NCBI GenBank assembly: GCA_004022145.1
Contig: RCNU01000008.1
Reading direction: 5' to 3' (one strand)
DNA: 64,000 nucleotides
Source of the DNA: Paecilomyces variotii
Lineage: Eukaryota
Shown: piece by piece, positions 1-12,859 of the stretch
Layout: every line of letters begins with the position of its first letter
Numbering within the stretch: the stretch's first letter is position 1
Position numbers and translations under genes: made by a program
Notes under the pieces: generated by a model
What the model saw: only the letters and a program-made list of their open reading frames with translations
The model's database searches: none
Told to the model about the DNA's origin: nothing

Positions 1-1317
1 TCAGTAACTCAGTTAGACCATACTGGGAAGGATGTGGATGTGGACAGCTGCAAGAATCCATGATAAGATTACAATTAGCTGTTGTCAAAAGGCTACTGAG
101 AACTTCTCCATCCAGTTTTTGGCAGTGCCGTCTTTCAAGGCGCATATCAAACATTCCATGGCTTTTATGGGATCTCATTATACCCAAATCAAATGTCTTA
201 TTCACATCCAGTCTACAGTTACTTATTCTACTGGATAAACAGAACTTCTATGTTATCCGCTCTATGTCGGCGCACAAAGCGCACGTCCAGGTGATCTGTC
301 AATCATCCGTTTGCAGCAGGTTGTTTGCTATCCTGATTTCAAGATAGAACGTACTAGCTCACTAGGATCCAGATTCTTTGTATGCGGTAGGAGTCAAATA
401 TGGGTTCAAATTCCCAGACGTCAGCTCGCAATTCATTACAAGGTGGTTCAAATCAAACTATGCTTCCGTGCAATTCAATATTCGACACTCTACCACAAAA
501 TGTAGGTGAAGGCCGCTATGGGACTTCATCTGACCACATTCATCTCCATCCCATCAGAGTCAGGAGTATGAATGGCACAACCCCTCAAATGCCTCTTCGC
601 TTCAATGCTTTTCTTGGGGTATAAATATCCGCACCTGGCTCTCCATCTTGAACTTTCAACTTCGATCATACAATCCCTGATCCCATATTCTCTTCTTTCT
701 TGATCCATTATAGTCATGTTATACTATATAGCGCGGTACAGTACACTTACTTGTTACACTATATCGAGATGATCAAAACACACCATCTGTCAGCAAAGTT
801 GCTGGAAAGTGCTTGGCTTGAATGCCATGAAGCTCAGCGGTTCTATGCTGATAGCAGAGTACGGCATTATTACACTCAGCACAGGCTACTTGATATTAAA
901 CAACTCCCCGGACTGTATATGTGGCCTTCACAACAAAATCTACTCCCGATGGTCACCCTATCTTTTTGTGCCTCCACAAGGTCTCTTAACAGAGTTCCTC
1001 CGGTTGTCAGTGTTATCCTTTTTTACTGCCTCCAAAATGATCTTTGGCACATCTTTCTTATACGGGATTTCTGTGGTTCGACAATGAAGCAGTTGTCATT
1101 TTTCAATTTTTGTTCTTTCTTCCCAACTCGGCCGCCAGGTCTTCTTTCAGACTGTGACATTGCAATGGTATAATATATACCCGTCTTGATGGAGAGTATA
1201 TACAACCGGTTGCTAGCGGTGCCATTTATATATATACGGGTGAGTACATCTTCTGCTATAACAAGGTTGTGACGGGGACGATGCTTATTCGACTCCTGAT
1301 TCTCCAGTATCACTCGC

Positions 1318-1713
1318 ATGTACAAATCGCTAGCGGGCCATCGGACTGCCAAGCAGGCAGAAATCTCCGAACTAGCAAAACGATTGAACGCTCTTTTATA
1401 CGTTGTTATGATTCGCAGAATGTTCGATCATGAGTGGTTTGGCCAGGTGATCATTCACCTGCCCTTCGCGACGCTGAAGGCTCCGAAAGGCCCCGTGCTA
1501 ATTATTGCCCCAAGCATGACTTTAGCACAGAACTGGGAGATGCAGTGGAATTTACATGTCGATGGTAGCCATCCGCGAACTGGAATGGTACTGGTCAAAG
1601 GGTACGGCATATCCAGTGCCGTCTGGAAATGGCGCGATGGCTGCCGTGGACGCAGGGGCAACAAAAAGGATACGGTTCGGAGGGACATTGGGCAGTTGGA
1701 TCGGTGTCTTTAG
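1318..1713 (+). pseudogene. SNF2-family helicase fragment (motif Ia region)
   Basis: ORF contains GPVLIIAPSMTLAQNWEMQWNLHV, resembling SNF2 motif Ia (PxLIxxPxSLxxNWxxE); short and isolated. Confidence 0.45.
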
Positions 1714-2380
1714 CCGGTAAGTGCATTTGGCCCTTCGCCTTGCGATCGTTGTCGATTTCTTGGTGAGCAATGTGAAGCCATCGGCTACTTAATGACAACG
1801 AGCGCCAACATCTCTATAGTGAAGCCGAGGACGCGTTGCAAAACATCTGCATGTCTCTCTTTTCCCGGATCATCAGCTCCAAAAGCGTGTCCTGCCGACC
1901 CTGTACTTCGTGCCGTATTTGGCATCGAAGTAGATAAGGACTTTTCGGATCAAGATTCGTTGGGTCCAAATGCTGCGCTTACATTAGATGCAGTCTACAG
2001 GACTAGCTCGATGGGTTTTGGTTTTGTCCTTCAGGGCTCGTATGCTGTTTATTCGAAACTCAAAGGCCTTCCTTCGGTTAAGCTCCTTTTCGAATGCTCG
2101 TGCGGTAATCGTCTTCCGTCTGTTTTTGCTGGGACTCCTGATGTTAGGTCGTCTCATGGACCTTCCAGGGTCGAATAATGGGTATATACTTGCTTTGGGT
2201 AATTGCTGGTGAGATGTCCGTTTTCCCTTATCGGTCGCCACAACTAATCGGATCCATAGGATACAGACGGTCTTGGTATCAGATAACCTCGCCCAGATGA
2301 ATGAAGGCATGTGGAAAGATGGCCAAAAGTTCTTTAGAGTCGGCGAAAATTACGGAAAGGGTCCCGAACAAACGTTTTAG

Positions 2381-3157
2381 GTGGACGGCTTGAAAACTCC
2401 ACTCAAACCGTACCAAGCCTACGCAGTATATTGGATGCTAGTCCATGAACAGACCACCGTGGGACCAAGAGGTGGCTTTCTCTGCGACGACATACGTCTC
2501 TGTATCATTGCCGCCAACCTGTCCTATCTTATACGGCCGGAGAATGACCAGTACAGCCTGACAGACAAGAATATTGAGGTCAATGGTTGGCATAAGAACT
2601 TCGACTCGTCGCCCTATGGCCAACATTTTGAATCGATCGTCCCCGACTCCGCAAAGCTCCACGAGGTTGCGAAGCTGATCAACAATGTTGGCAAAGACGC
2701 ACTGGTCATGAGCAAGGTATGTCTGCGTCTTCTCTCCTCACGTCCCAGTCCGCTCGGAAATTTTCTCTTACTGATCTATACGCAGTGGTTATCTCGTCGA
2801 TATGACGAGGAAAATGTCCATCCGGCCTTTAGTTCGACTCCAAACGACAAGCGAACTAAGTCCTATGAGCCTTTTTCCTCCAAGGATAAAGCTTTTGTCA
2901 ATAAGCCGCCAAAGATCCTTTATGTCTCGTCAAACATCATCAGCGAGGGTCTTACCATCACCGGTGCAACATGTTCAATCTTGCTGGAACTTGTACCCAT
3001 GAACAAACAGTTTGAGCAGCTGGTGAAGCGTATCCATCGTTACGGCCAGGATGTGGAAACCGATGTGTACCAACTATTGGCAGACACTCCAGTGGTGGAT
3101 ATTATGAGAAGACGCAGACGTACCTTGCTCATGACCAGTGCGCAAGCAGGAAATTGA
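2381..3157 (+). pseudogene. SNF2-family helicase remnant, internally deleted
   Basis: LKPYQAYAVYWM...RGGFLCDD (Q motif and truncated motif I, GKT missing) joined to SAKL, SEGLTITGA and QLVKRIHRYGQ (motif V-VI like). Confidence 0.65.
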
Positions 3158-3599
3158 CTGGCCACAATTACCTTTCGTTCCCGACCTTTCGCGTTGTTGA
3201 TCAGATAGGGATAACATATTCTTTCCCCTTCGAATCTTTCAACCAGGATTATCTGGATTACCTAACGGTCCTCGGCCATGCACTCTTTGGAAGTACACGC
3301 CAGTGTACAAACGTATAGCCCGTTTGACCCTCCTGGAAGGAAGATACGGAATACGATATAAACTTTGCGGTGGACATCCGCCCTATTTGGCTCCGGTGAG
3401 TTTCCAGAGATCTCTTTTCCCATGCATTAGGTATCTCGCTAACGATTTCTAGGAACATTATTATACAAACCGACTTCCGAACCGCGAGAGGAAGAGATAC
3501 TGCGACACCTCGCATCTAGAGGTTCGCCCGAACGCTTTATGTTTCATGGTCCAATGCCGCGGTCGGTCCAGTTCATCAAACAGACGTCAAAAATAAGGG

Positions 3600-6050
3600 A
3601 CCGGATTTCAGAATGTCAATCATCGGTCGTCCCGTAGCTGGAAAGCTACAATTCAAGGTTTTCGTCAGAGATGTCCAAAAAACAGCAAGGGTTACATGCA
3701 CCCGTCCAACATTGTCCATATTGCATACCTTGAATTTGACCTTCGTCATCGTGCCGGGAAACACCCATTTCTTTATCGCTTTCACCCCAAAGGAGGGTTT
3801 TAGTTTCCAGAATGTTGCTGGCATTGTGATTCCGGACTATGTCTCTATAAAACAAGGAAACATATATATCGCGGTGCACGGCACATCGATCTTCAAGTTC
3901 ATTGCCCGGACATCCAGTGACTTTCTGCTGAGCCAACGTGGAGTTTTGTGAGATTGAGGCACCTATCAAGAGACAGATCAATGCTCTTGACGTTTTTCAC
4001 AACAGTGCCTCCCCATATCTGGACCTCTGTCTTTCTGAACCAGGAATTGAGCAATGTGTTTCTTCTCCTCTTTACCATGGCCATCACTCCCCGTCGTGTG
4101 GCCAAGACGTTGACCGTTCGCCAAATACGACAAAGAAACTGTTAAATCAGAATTTAGCGAAGTCTTATATTTTAAGAGATGGACCGATTGATAATTAGCT
4201 ATCTTTCAAATCATCAGACAATTAAAGATTTCCCGGTTGCGGCAAGACGACCATCCTCGCCGCACTGGCCTTCACAAGGCCGGACTGCATGTACTCATTG
4301 TGACATTGTCAAATGCTGCTGTCGATGCCTTCACTTCTCAACTGCTCTCTCTGGCGCCAGATATTGATTACATCCGCGTTCGACAGGCTCAGGTCGAACA
4401 GGTATCTACTTTTAGCCGGAAAGTCGAAGATGAAGACAATCAGCTGTCAGTTTATAACTCCGCAACTGCCATTGTGAACTTGCTGGGTATTATTAAGAAT
4501 TTGCAGAACCAGAAAGTACAGGGCGATCTGAGATATTCGGTCTTTGCTCACGTTGACCGCCACGCCAGACAGCAATTCGCTGCTGAAGAAAGACTTGTTG
4601 TACCTATCGGACCAGAAGGACAAGACGAGTCAGAAGATTTTCCTGCGCTGGATTTGGTCAGGATAACATAGATGAAGAGCAGTCCGATGAAGAGGGACAT
4701 GCTCGTGAGACCATCGAAGCGTGCTCGGTGTTCTGTGCTCGGATGGACCAGCCTCCAGAGAAACCCCAATCTTCTTCGAGAGGTTCTGAAGAAATCATTC
4801 GGAAGTTGTGCATATGGCAAAAGGATAGATCGCGTTTGTGCAGAGCTTTTGGCGCTCTTTCAAACTAAATCATTAAGAATGTCCGTACTGTCGCCTGCAC
4901 CGACAATCTGGAGGGTTCGCCGCGAGTCCGGAAACACTTCGATACGGATACTAAAGACATTATATTGGAATCATTAATAACATAGATAGCCAGGCAGTTG
5001 AGTCGAAAATGGGGATCCCTATAGCAAAACTCGATCAGGCAAAGTTTGTCAAAGCGTCAATTCATGGAGGAGACCGATCAACTCTGGCTTTTTGTTATCT
5101 TGAACTTCCAATGTCGAGGAATAAATGAGTTTTCGCGTTAGCTATCTCGTTCCTTATATAAACGCCTGCTGAGGAATGGCTTTCGCTCTTATATACTAGG
5201 TAAGCAGTACCGAATAAGGCTGGAGATCTCTCGCTTTTTAAGCGATTTCATATACTCGGGGTTCTTGAAGAACAATCTATTAATACAAAATCTGAGGATC
5301 GATCTGATTCTTGAGTAGAGTCTACGGAGCTGGATAAATATCTGTGCAGACTACCAGATTGCGTCCGCGAAAGACAACATGACGCTTATAGCTCTAGACA
5401 TTGTTAATGGAGAGTGTGAGATAGCTAAAGCAAGTACCTCGAGGTATAATGAGAGGAACCTTGAGGTCTTTATAGATTTCATCCGCTACCTGATGAAGAA
5501 TGGGGGCGAGCAACAGTTCGTACCTCTGATGCCTTCCACCTCCCACCACTCCAAATCTACCCTACGACAGCGGCCAGTTGTGACCAGATCGTGAGACTGG
5601 TCTTTACGTAGAGGAACAGACTCGGAGCAAAGTGAACAAGAGCAAGATGAGTTTTAAAGTGTTCCGACCTGTTAGTGCCTCATACCTTCTCGTGGTGCCA
5701 CCCGTGGGATAGGTATAAAAGCCTTGCGTCTAGCAAGCCTCTAGCCCCGAAGATGAGGATATTCAGTTCTACTGTGCTAAGTTCGACTTTGGCACATACT
5801 CAATGACAATCATCACGCTTTGTGCTGAGCAGAAGTCTAGGCCCATCAAGGCCGTCATACATCTGGCCGCAGCCAAGAGAGTCCAGCAGAAGGAGATGGT
5901 GAAAGTGGCGAAGCTTGATTCTATGCAAGTACATCAAGCGGACTGTGTGGTCTTTGACTGGATTGTCTCCAGGACCAACCCTCTGAGCGATCTCGGTTTC
6001 ACCACAGACAATAACATGTCGGGGCAGAGCTTAACTGGTTGGCTAATATG
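3600..6050 (+). pseudogene. DNA2/NAM7 (UPF1-like SF1) helicase pseudogene, copy 1
   Basis: Frameshifted motifs in correct order: FPGCGKTT (~4229), VLIVTLSNAAVD, SQAVE...IPIAKL...GGDR (~5000-5080), KQYRI (~5200), KVAKLDSMQ...DCVVFDW...LGF (~5900-6000); many stops and frameshifts. Confidence 0.75.
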
Positions 6051-6530
6051 CCATATAGCATTCAGGCAAGAATCATTTTTCTAAAGTTGCACTTTATGTA
6101 TGTAATTCCATAGCTTAGCACGTCCCTATACTCCATGGGAGGTCACCAGTGTCATGGGCGAAGCCTGTGCCCCGCTGGACGTTAATGAATACTACTACTA
6201 CCAGTTCACAGAACCCATATCATTCTCGGACAGAAATCCATCTTCAGTCCCCTTGTACCATCGCTCTTCTGCGCGTATTTGGTCTGTGCGTCGCCGTAGT
6301 CGTCGTCGTGGTCCTTGCCAACAGCGCTTCTTTTTCAAATCTCTGTCCTTTCGTTGCATGTCTAGATTTTGATTCATGCGCTATAACTAATCTATGCCCC
6401 GACAATAGTTTCGTTTTCCCTTATTCCTATATATTCTTCGTTTTTTTTTTTTTTTTTTTTCCCTTTCCCCTAAACCCGTAGATGACCAGTATCGCTCCCT
6501 TTTTAACAAGGATAGCCTCGACACCTTAAA

Positions 6531-8075
6531 ATGAGGTCGATCAGAAATGCAATGATGCGCCCTTTCTCCCCGCTTCGCAAGAAACCGATCACGGTCCCTC
6601 CTCCAGTGCGCCTCGCATCCAACGAAGAATCTATAGATGAAGAGATCTGCCCGGGCTATAATTCGAAGAAATTCTACCCGGCAAGGCCAGGAGAGATACT
6701 CGGCAATCGCTATCAAATTCTTGTTAAGGTTGGCTGGGGGATTTCATCTACCACATGGTTTGCTCGTGATATGCGGGGGTAATCTGCTTCTCTGGATCCA
6801 CTGCTATTTCTGTTGTTAACAAACGATCTAGATACAAATGGGAACCAGAAAGCGTTGTAGCGTTAAAAGTAATCAACGCCAACTCTCATACAGATGACGG
6901 TGAACGCAAAATTGAAGAATGCATTGCTAAGACAGACGCGACTCATCGCGGTCGTGCATTGTTTCGAACATACTTGGAGTGTTTCGAGGTGAACAGCCCA
7001 GAAGGAAAACATCTATGTCTAGCATATGAGCCCATGAGGGAGCCGATCTGGCTTTTCCAGAGGCGTTTCAAAGATGGGAAAATTCCCCTTCCACTCGTCA
7101 AGACATACATTCGTTTTCTTTTGATAGGTTTGGATTATCTTCACACAGCATGCAGTGTTGTCCATGCCGGTATGTTTCGCCAGCTGAACTGATCCATCTG
7201 GGCTATATCAGGCTTACATCTTATACTATAGATCTAAAACTTGATAATATCATGATCACGTTCGAAGACCCTGCTGTCCTTAGCGACTTCATGAATTCTC
7301 AGCTCGACATACCGATGCAGTACAAAACTGACCCTTCGGGCAGACCCATCTATCTCTGTCAGAACGACTTCGGTCCTCTGAGGAAACTGAGTAGTATACC
7401 AAAGATAATTGATTTTGGACTGTCTACGAGACTAGATAAACAGGATGACTACGGTGTATACCCTATCCAGCCAGATCACTATCGTGCACCAGAAGTTATC
7501 CTTGGCTGCCGCTGGAATATGAGCGCAGACATATGGAACTTGGGTATTCTTGTACGTTCTATATCCCTTGATTAGTATATGCAATAACTAAGCCGATGTA
7601 AGCTCTGGGATCTCATTCAGGGTAAAGAGCTATTCCAGCAGGTCTACGATGCGCAAGGCCGTTACGTTGCAAAAGCGCATCTCGCAGAAATGATCGCGTT
7701 ACTCGGGCCCCCTCCTCCTGAACTGGTTTCACGGACCTACTCCTTATCCGGTTGCAAATGGCCTGAGCCAGTGAAGAGAGAAGATGGCAGAGTCTGTGAA
7801 ACTGCAGAGCAATATTTTGGTGGTCCTTTTTTTGACGAAGATGGTATTTGAGACGTCCCATAATTGTTACAGCCTTACTAACAATAAGCCAAAAAGGTAA
7901 CTTTTTGCACCAAGACCTAATCCCAGACCGGAAACTGGCAGATACACTTCCCTCTCTAGAAGATAAGGAACGGGAAGATTTCTTGTCCTTCGCAAAGATG
8001 ATGCTTGCTTGGCTCCCAGAGGAAAGGGAGATGGCACGTCAATTGGCGAAACATCCATTTCTTCAGCTGAAATGA
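6531..8075 (+). CDS. SRPK-like (CMGC) Ser/Thr protein kinase, 5 exons
   Basis: KVGWGISSTTW, VALKV, HADLKLDN (spliced), DFG, YRAPEV, DIWNLG; introns ~6779-6831, 7170-7231, 7552-7601, 7844-7896 restore a continuous frame. Confidence 0.85.
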
Positions 8076-8923
8076 GAGTACATGGTGATTATTGTCATCT
8101 ATCCACATTCGGATGGATAGTCACTTATAGGGAATCATGCGTTTCTCTTCCTCGCTTTTTTTCATGTCAAGTGTCAGTGTATATTGGTAATAGAGTATGC
8201 CATTATTGTGAGGGTTTATATTCGATCCTACAAGACGGAATTCAGTAGTCATATTGAACCATCTAGCAGATTGCTTGCTTGAAGACTAGTTCTAGGGAGG
8301 GAAGGGTGGTTGACCTCGTATTGTCACTACGGGACAGGAAAGGGAGGTGTCGGTGATGACCTCCAGCTGTTACAGGTTATCAACCAATCCATAACAAAGG
8401 ATATAAGAAGGGCCATGACACGGTTGAGGGTGTCATATAACTGGTATGCAATTCCTGGTTCTGGCGTAGCACATATCTACATATGCGCTAGTCCTTTCCA
8501 GATCCCTTATTACCTACCCAAAGATTACACTGACCCACAATTATAACTGCGAATATAAGCACATAAAACTCCCCGTGGATGTATTTAGTTTGATTAAAAG
8601 TCGTCTGTACCCAGGTTTGTTTCAAATATTCGTTCTGAGCTGAGAGTAACTAACTAGGTAGGTAATTAATTGTTCATCACCAGGGGTGATTAAGTAGGTG
8701 ACACCGGAATGTAAGTATTAGCCGTTCCGACTACGTAGCCAGCCACGTTCAACGAAGTCGAGACGCGTCGAAAGAACCATATTGATCATCAGGTGCAAAC
8801 TAAAGATCTATCACTCAAGCCATGCAATACAAATTTCCGTATCGCAAACATCTGATCCTTACTTAAGCCTTTCCTCCTACTATCACCATTGTTTTTCTCC
8901 ATATAAATCATCACTTCGGCGGA

Positions 8924-9999
8924 ATGTCAGCGACTGTTAGCTCTAAGATTGTCCATTTCGATGAAATAATCCCGCGAGTGGTAGATCCCGAATGTGAAGG
9001 TATAGAAGCCTAACTCCTTCTCCTTCCTCGACGATAGGTTATACAGATGGAGATTTTCTTTTACTGATGCACTGTTAAAGAGAAGGACGTCGAACGCCTT
9101 ATTCCTTTGGTGTTTAAGTACACGGATGTTGCAAGCGAGAATATCCCTAAAGGATGCGACTTTCATTTCTTTTTCTACAATCTTCTCACGTATCACGCCG
9201 AGTTACAAGGCCTGACAGTAGTCCAAGGTGGTGTTAGAGGTGCTTTGAGAGAAAAAGAGACAATCTCATTGCTTAAGAAAAACTGGAGAGTAGAGGAAAG
9301 GAGGTTATCCGATGGCTTTATAAGGTCGCAGGGCATGATGTTAAGAGTGCTGATGACCACTATCTACTCTATCATCGATATCAGAGATCCTACAATCCAG
9401 TGAGTGGCAGCCCCCAGGACCGGCTTACCTATTGACCATTCTTAAAGATTCCCTATACGACGGTTTCAGCTAGAGTACATGATTGGCAGAGAAAGATACC
9501 TTACTAGACCGGAAGGTGCAGTCAGTGTCAACTCGCCGGAATTGCCGATTATCTCTTACACTGGTGTATGTATACTTACTCCTTGAATACTGCTACGAGT
9601 CTGTTTGTGGATCTTTTCTCACATTCCTTAGTGGTTTGAAGGGCAAACCTGGAGACAGTTCCTAGAGGAAACTCTCAGTGTGATGATAGGGCAGCTCGTC
9701 GGAAATATCAAGATTCAAGATAAGTCTTCGTGGTTGGTTTTCATGGGGTCTGTGTCCATATTGCCCATGGATTATTCACAACCGATATGATTTCTAGGGT
9801 GCATTCGAAAGGCTGTCATTCGGATGAGATTTTCCAATTGAATTTCACGCGAGGTTACGATCTGTGTTTGAAGGAAGACTGGCTTGAAGCTACACGTGCT
9901 TTGGCAAGATTATTCAGATACCTCTTGAGTGGGAATGCAAAGGTCGGCGCAGTGCAGGCATATTCGCAACCGGGGGCTGATGCCGACAAGGACGTCTAG
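8924..9999 (+). pseudogene. Multi-exon fungal hypothetical protein, probably disrupted
   Basis: ATG at 8924; protein-like ORF pieces (9107-9400; 9730-9999 VGFHGVCVHIAHG...FTRGYDL...LFRYL) separated by GT-AG-like introns; frame breaks near 9660-9730. Confidence 0.4.
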
Positions 10000-11718
10000 C
10001 CTATCGGCAGCTCTACTTGGAGTAGACCTGGCGATCGGATGTTATATAATGGATGCAGTCCCTTCCTTCCATTATCCAAAGAAGGAACTATATTCAGAAA
10101 CTTACAGAGCCCGAAAAGTTCTAGGGCAGCTCATCACTATATGCTGGCTATCAGAGAACTGAATACGAGGAGAATCATATCCAGCCTTTCATCTTTGACT
10201 CAATCCTGAGCAGTCTATGCTGGCTTCGGATTCCCCCAGAGACCACAAGGGAAAGAGATCACGACGGTGAGCTCGCTTTACTCGTGGTCAAGGGTCGCTG
10301 ATTCTTATGTGTTAGCAGGGTCTCATCGTGCAATGCCGCGAGGCGGATGCCAAGTATCCAGGATTCTTTTCAAAAGGTTTGTGATACCCGAAAGTGGATT
10401 GAAGAAAGGAACCAGCATACATACGTGACGAGGTGCTGCTACACGCGAGCGAGCGGGCCAGCGCCGAATTCGAATATCGCATAAAACGAAGAAAACCGCA
10501 GCGGTGATATCCGTTAAAGGTTGTGGCGAATGGAGATAGTGGATTCTTCAGGATTGTAACTGAGAGCACGATTTGATATATACAGGATTCTTAATGTATG
10601 AATGCAATGCCAAATGGGAGCAATGGTGGATGGCTGAAAATTACTCCGTGGATACTGCTTTAGTGAAATCCTCTTCGTGGCAATCCAGATCTTGGGAGAG
10701 ATATAGTGGAATTAACCTACAACTATGGAGTTCTCAGATACTAGGATCTGCAGATAACTGAAAATCTCTATTTCTCTTTCCATGGCTGACTGGCTGCAGA
10801 GTGCAGAAGCAAAATATGGTTATTATTAGCTCGTACCCGTCGCACGTTGTTTTTATCTTTCTTTCTTTCTTTTTTTTTTTCCCTTCGCGGCACCCTTTCA
10901 ATAGGAACATACTAGTCTTCCTACAAACTATCCTTGTCATATCTTAGAGCACAGAAGCAGAAAGGAAAACTGAATGTATATCTGGACAAAGGTATGATCT
11001 GCGTTGCTTACTCTCTGAAATATACCTCCTTTGATACGCCAAGGTTGATAAATGACTTTAGATCCTCTGCCACTATTCTAAATCGCATGCCGCATCCGGG
11101 ATATCTTCTTTGATATGCCATCCGGTCAAAGGAAGTTTGCTATTTATCAAGCGATTTCGGGAAGTGGAGGCATATTGCAGCTTAGCGTATGGCAGCAATG
11201 CTGCACATGAGCTGTCAATCTTTAGACCATCTCCTTTCATAGTCAAACTATTCAAAGAGGTCTCATCCTTGGAAACTTGCATATGTCTTGTAGCTCGCCT
11301 GTGCCGCAGCGGGTGATTGCCGCTTGAGGTCCTTCAACGACTATGGAATCCTGTGGAGGAATATGGAATCGGGCCTGTCAAAGGAATGAAGACATGGCCA
11401 TCACTTACAGAGCAATTAACCGCGGGAACAATCATCGAAAATGAGGGGAACTCCTTCAATGATATGATGTCAACGGTGGTGATTGTAGAGCAGTGACTGA
11501 AATGCTATGGATCAAGCCCGCAGCGGCTACATTCAACAAGAAATTACCGCTCAATTTGGAGCTATAAGAACTGCAGTTTCCCATGTCAAATCCTGAGATA
11601 TTTTCTACCCAAGCTTTCTTCATTATGCGTTGAGATTTCCTGGCAGTCTTATATCAGAGGTTATAATCATATCTATCTATACATGATTCTATATACATGC
11701 ACCGGGGTATTTATTTAG

Positions 11719-12260
11719 TTGCTTGCTCCCTCAGACGCCCAGCATTGCATACACCCGTACCTGGCAGCGTTTCCGAGCACGTTCACGTACAACGGCCTTA
11801 TGAAGACGGACAGTAGCTTGGCGTATCACCCTATGCGCCCAGCGTTAAAAGCTGGTTTGCTTAACTGGTTTAGAACATTCTGTCCCACCCTATTTAGAGA
11901 GCCTAATCTGCGCCTTATCGCCCTTGATATAATAAATGGCGAGGACTAGGTTGAGCCTTATAACAAATCACGATACAACCTATAAAATATTGCTATTATG
12001 ATAGAGCTATTGTCTTATCTGTTTAATAGCAAAGTACTATCTTAGGGTAGTGATGTCACTATTATCACCCCATACACAGAACAGCGCTCTTATTATATAA
12101 CGGCTTTTATTAATTTTGCAACACAGAAATGTATTGCATAGCGTGATATTGCGAAGGTTGTGACCGTTGATTTAATGCAAGGCCACGAAGCAGAATATGT
12201 GATCTTAGACTGGTTAGTTGTATCGCAGATTTTGGTTATTTACGACACCACTGACTCGTG
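11719..12260 (+). pseudogene. DNA2/NAM7 helicase C-terminal remnant, copy 2
   Basis: QHCIHPYLAAFPSTFTYNG (motif IV-like), RLIALDIINGE (matches TLIALDIVNGE of copy 1), VVTVDLMQGHEAEYVILDW (motif V). Confidence 0.65.
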
Positions 12261-12859
12261 AACATTTTAGCGATTGCGGTCTCCTATTCAGGCATTCATC
12301 GATATTTTCCAGCAAGTTTTATATACATCAGTTTATAAAAGAACTTCTGATTTGTCGAACTGCAGTTGTTTATTTCTTTCATTATTATTTGGCCCTATCA
12401 ATATATTGTTCGAGTCAGTTTTAGTGAATCTGTTTTCGTCACTTTATGGTGCAAAACGAAGCAGTTTTCGTCGTTATTCTGCTCGGAATAGTGAGCCTTG
12501 AGGTGCGTCTCGCCTGATTACAATCGTATAATATCCCTCCTTATCCTTAGGTCAACAACTTTCAGATGCTGATTTCTTGGTTCTAATAGATGCCTCTCAG
12601 ATTTCCGACTGTCTGGCTTCTCTTAAGTATCGAATAAGCTCCTCATTAGTCACACCAATAGCTTTGCGGGCCTCAGATTCACAACCAACAACAATCGTTA
12701 CAATATCGCGATAACCCGTGCAAAGCAATTTTTCATCGTTATCAGGAAAGATAGCGTCACGGCCTCCACACAACAATAGAGGAAGAGAAAGAGAGACTAA
12801 CAACGGCGACAAAGATAACAAAACTTCGGCATAGAGAGAGAATCATATCCTGATGACAT

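Noticed and set aside
395-420. GGGTTCAAATTCCC, resembling a tRNA T-loop
   Set aside because: No acceptor stem, D arm or anticodon arm can be folded around it
6441-6460. Poly-T tract (also ~57563 and ~60148) as a possible retroposon tail
   Set aside because: No adjacent element body or target duplication; homopolymers are common in fungal intergenic DNA
10200-11330. Short protein-like minus-strand ORF pieces
   Set aside because: No recognisable motif or consistent exon chain
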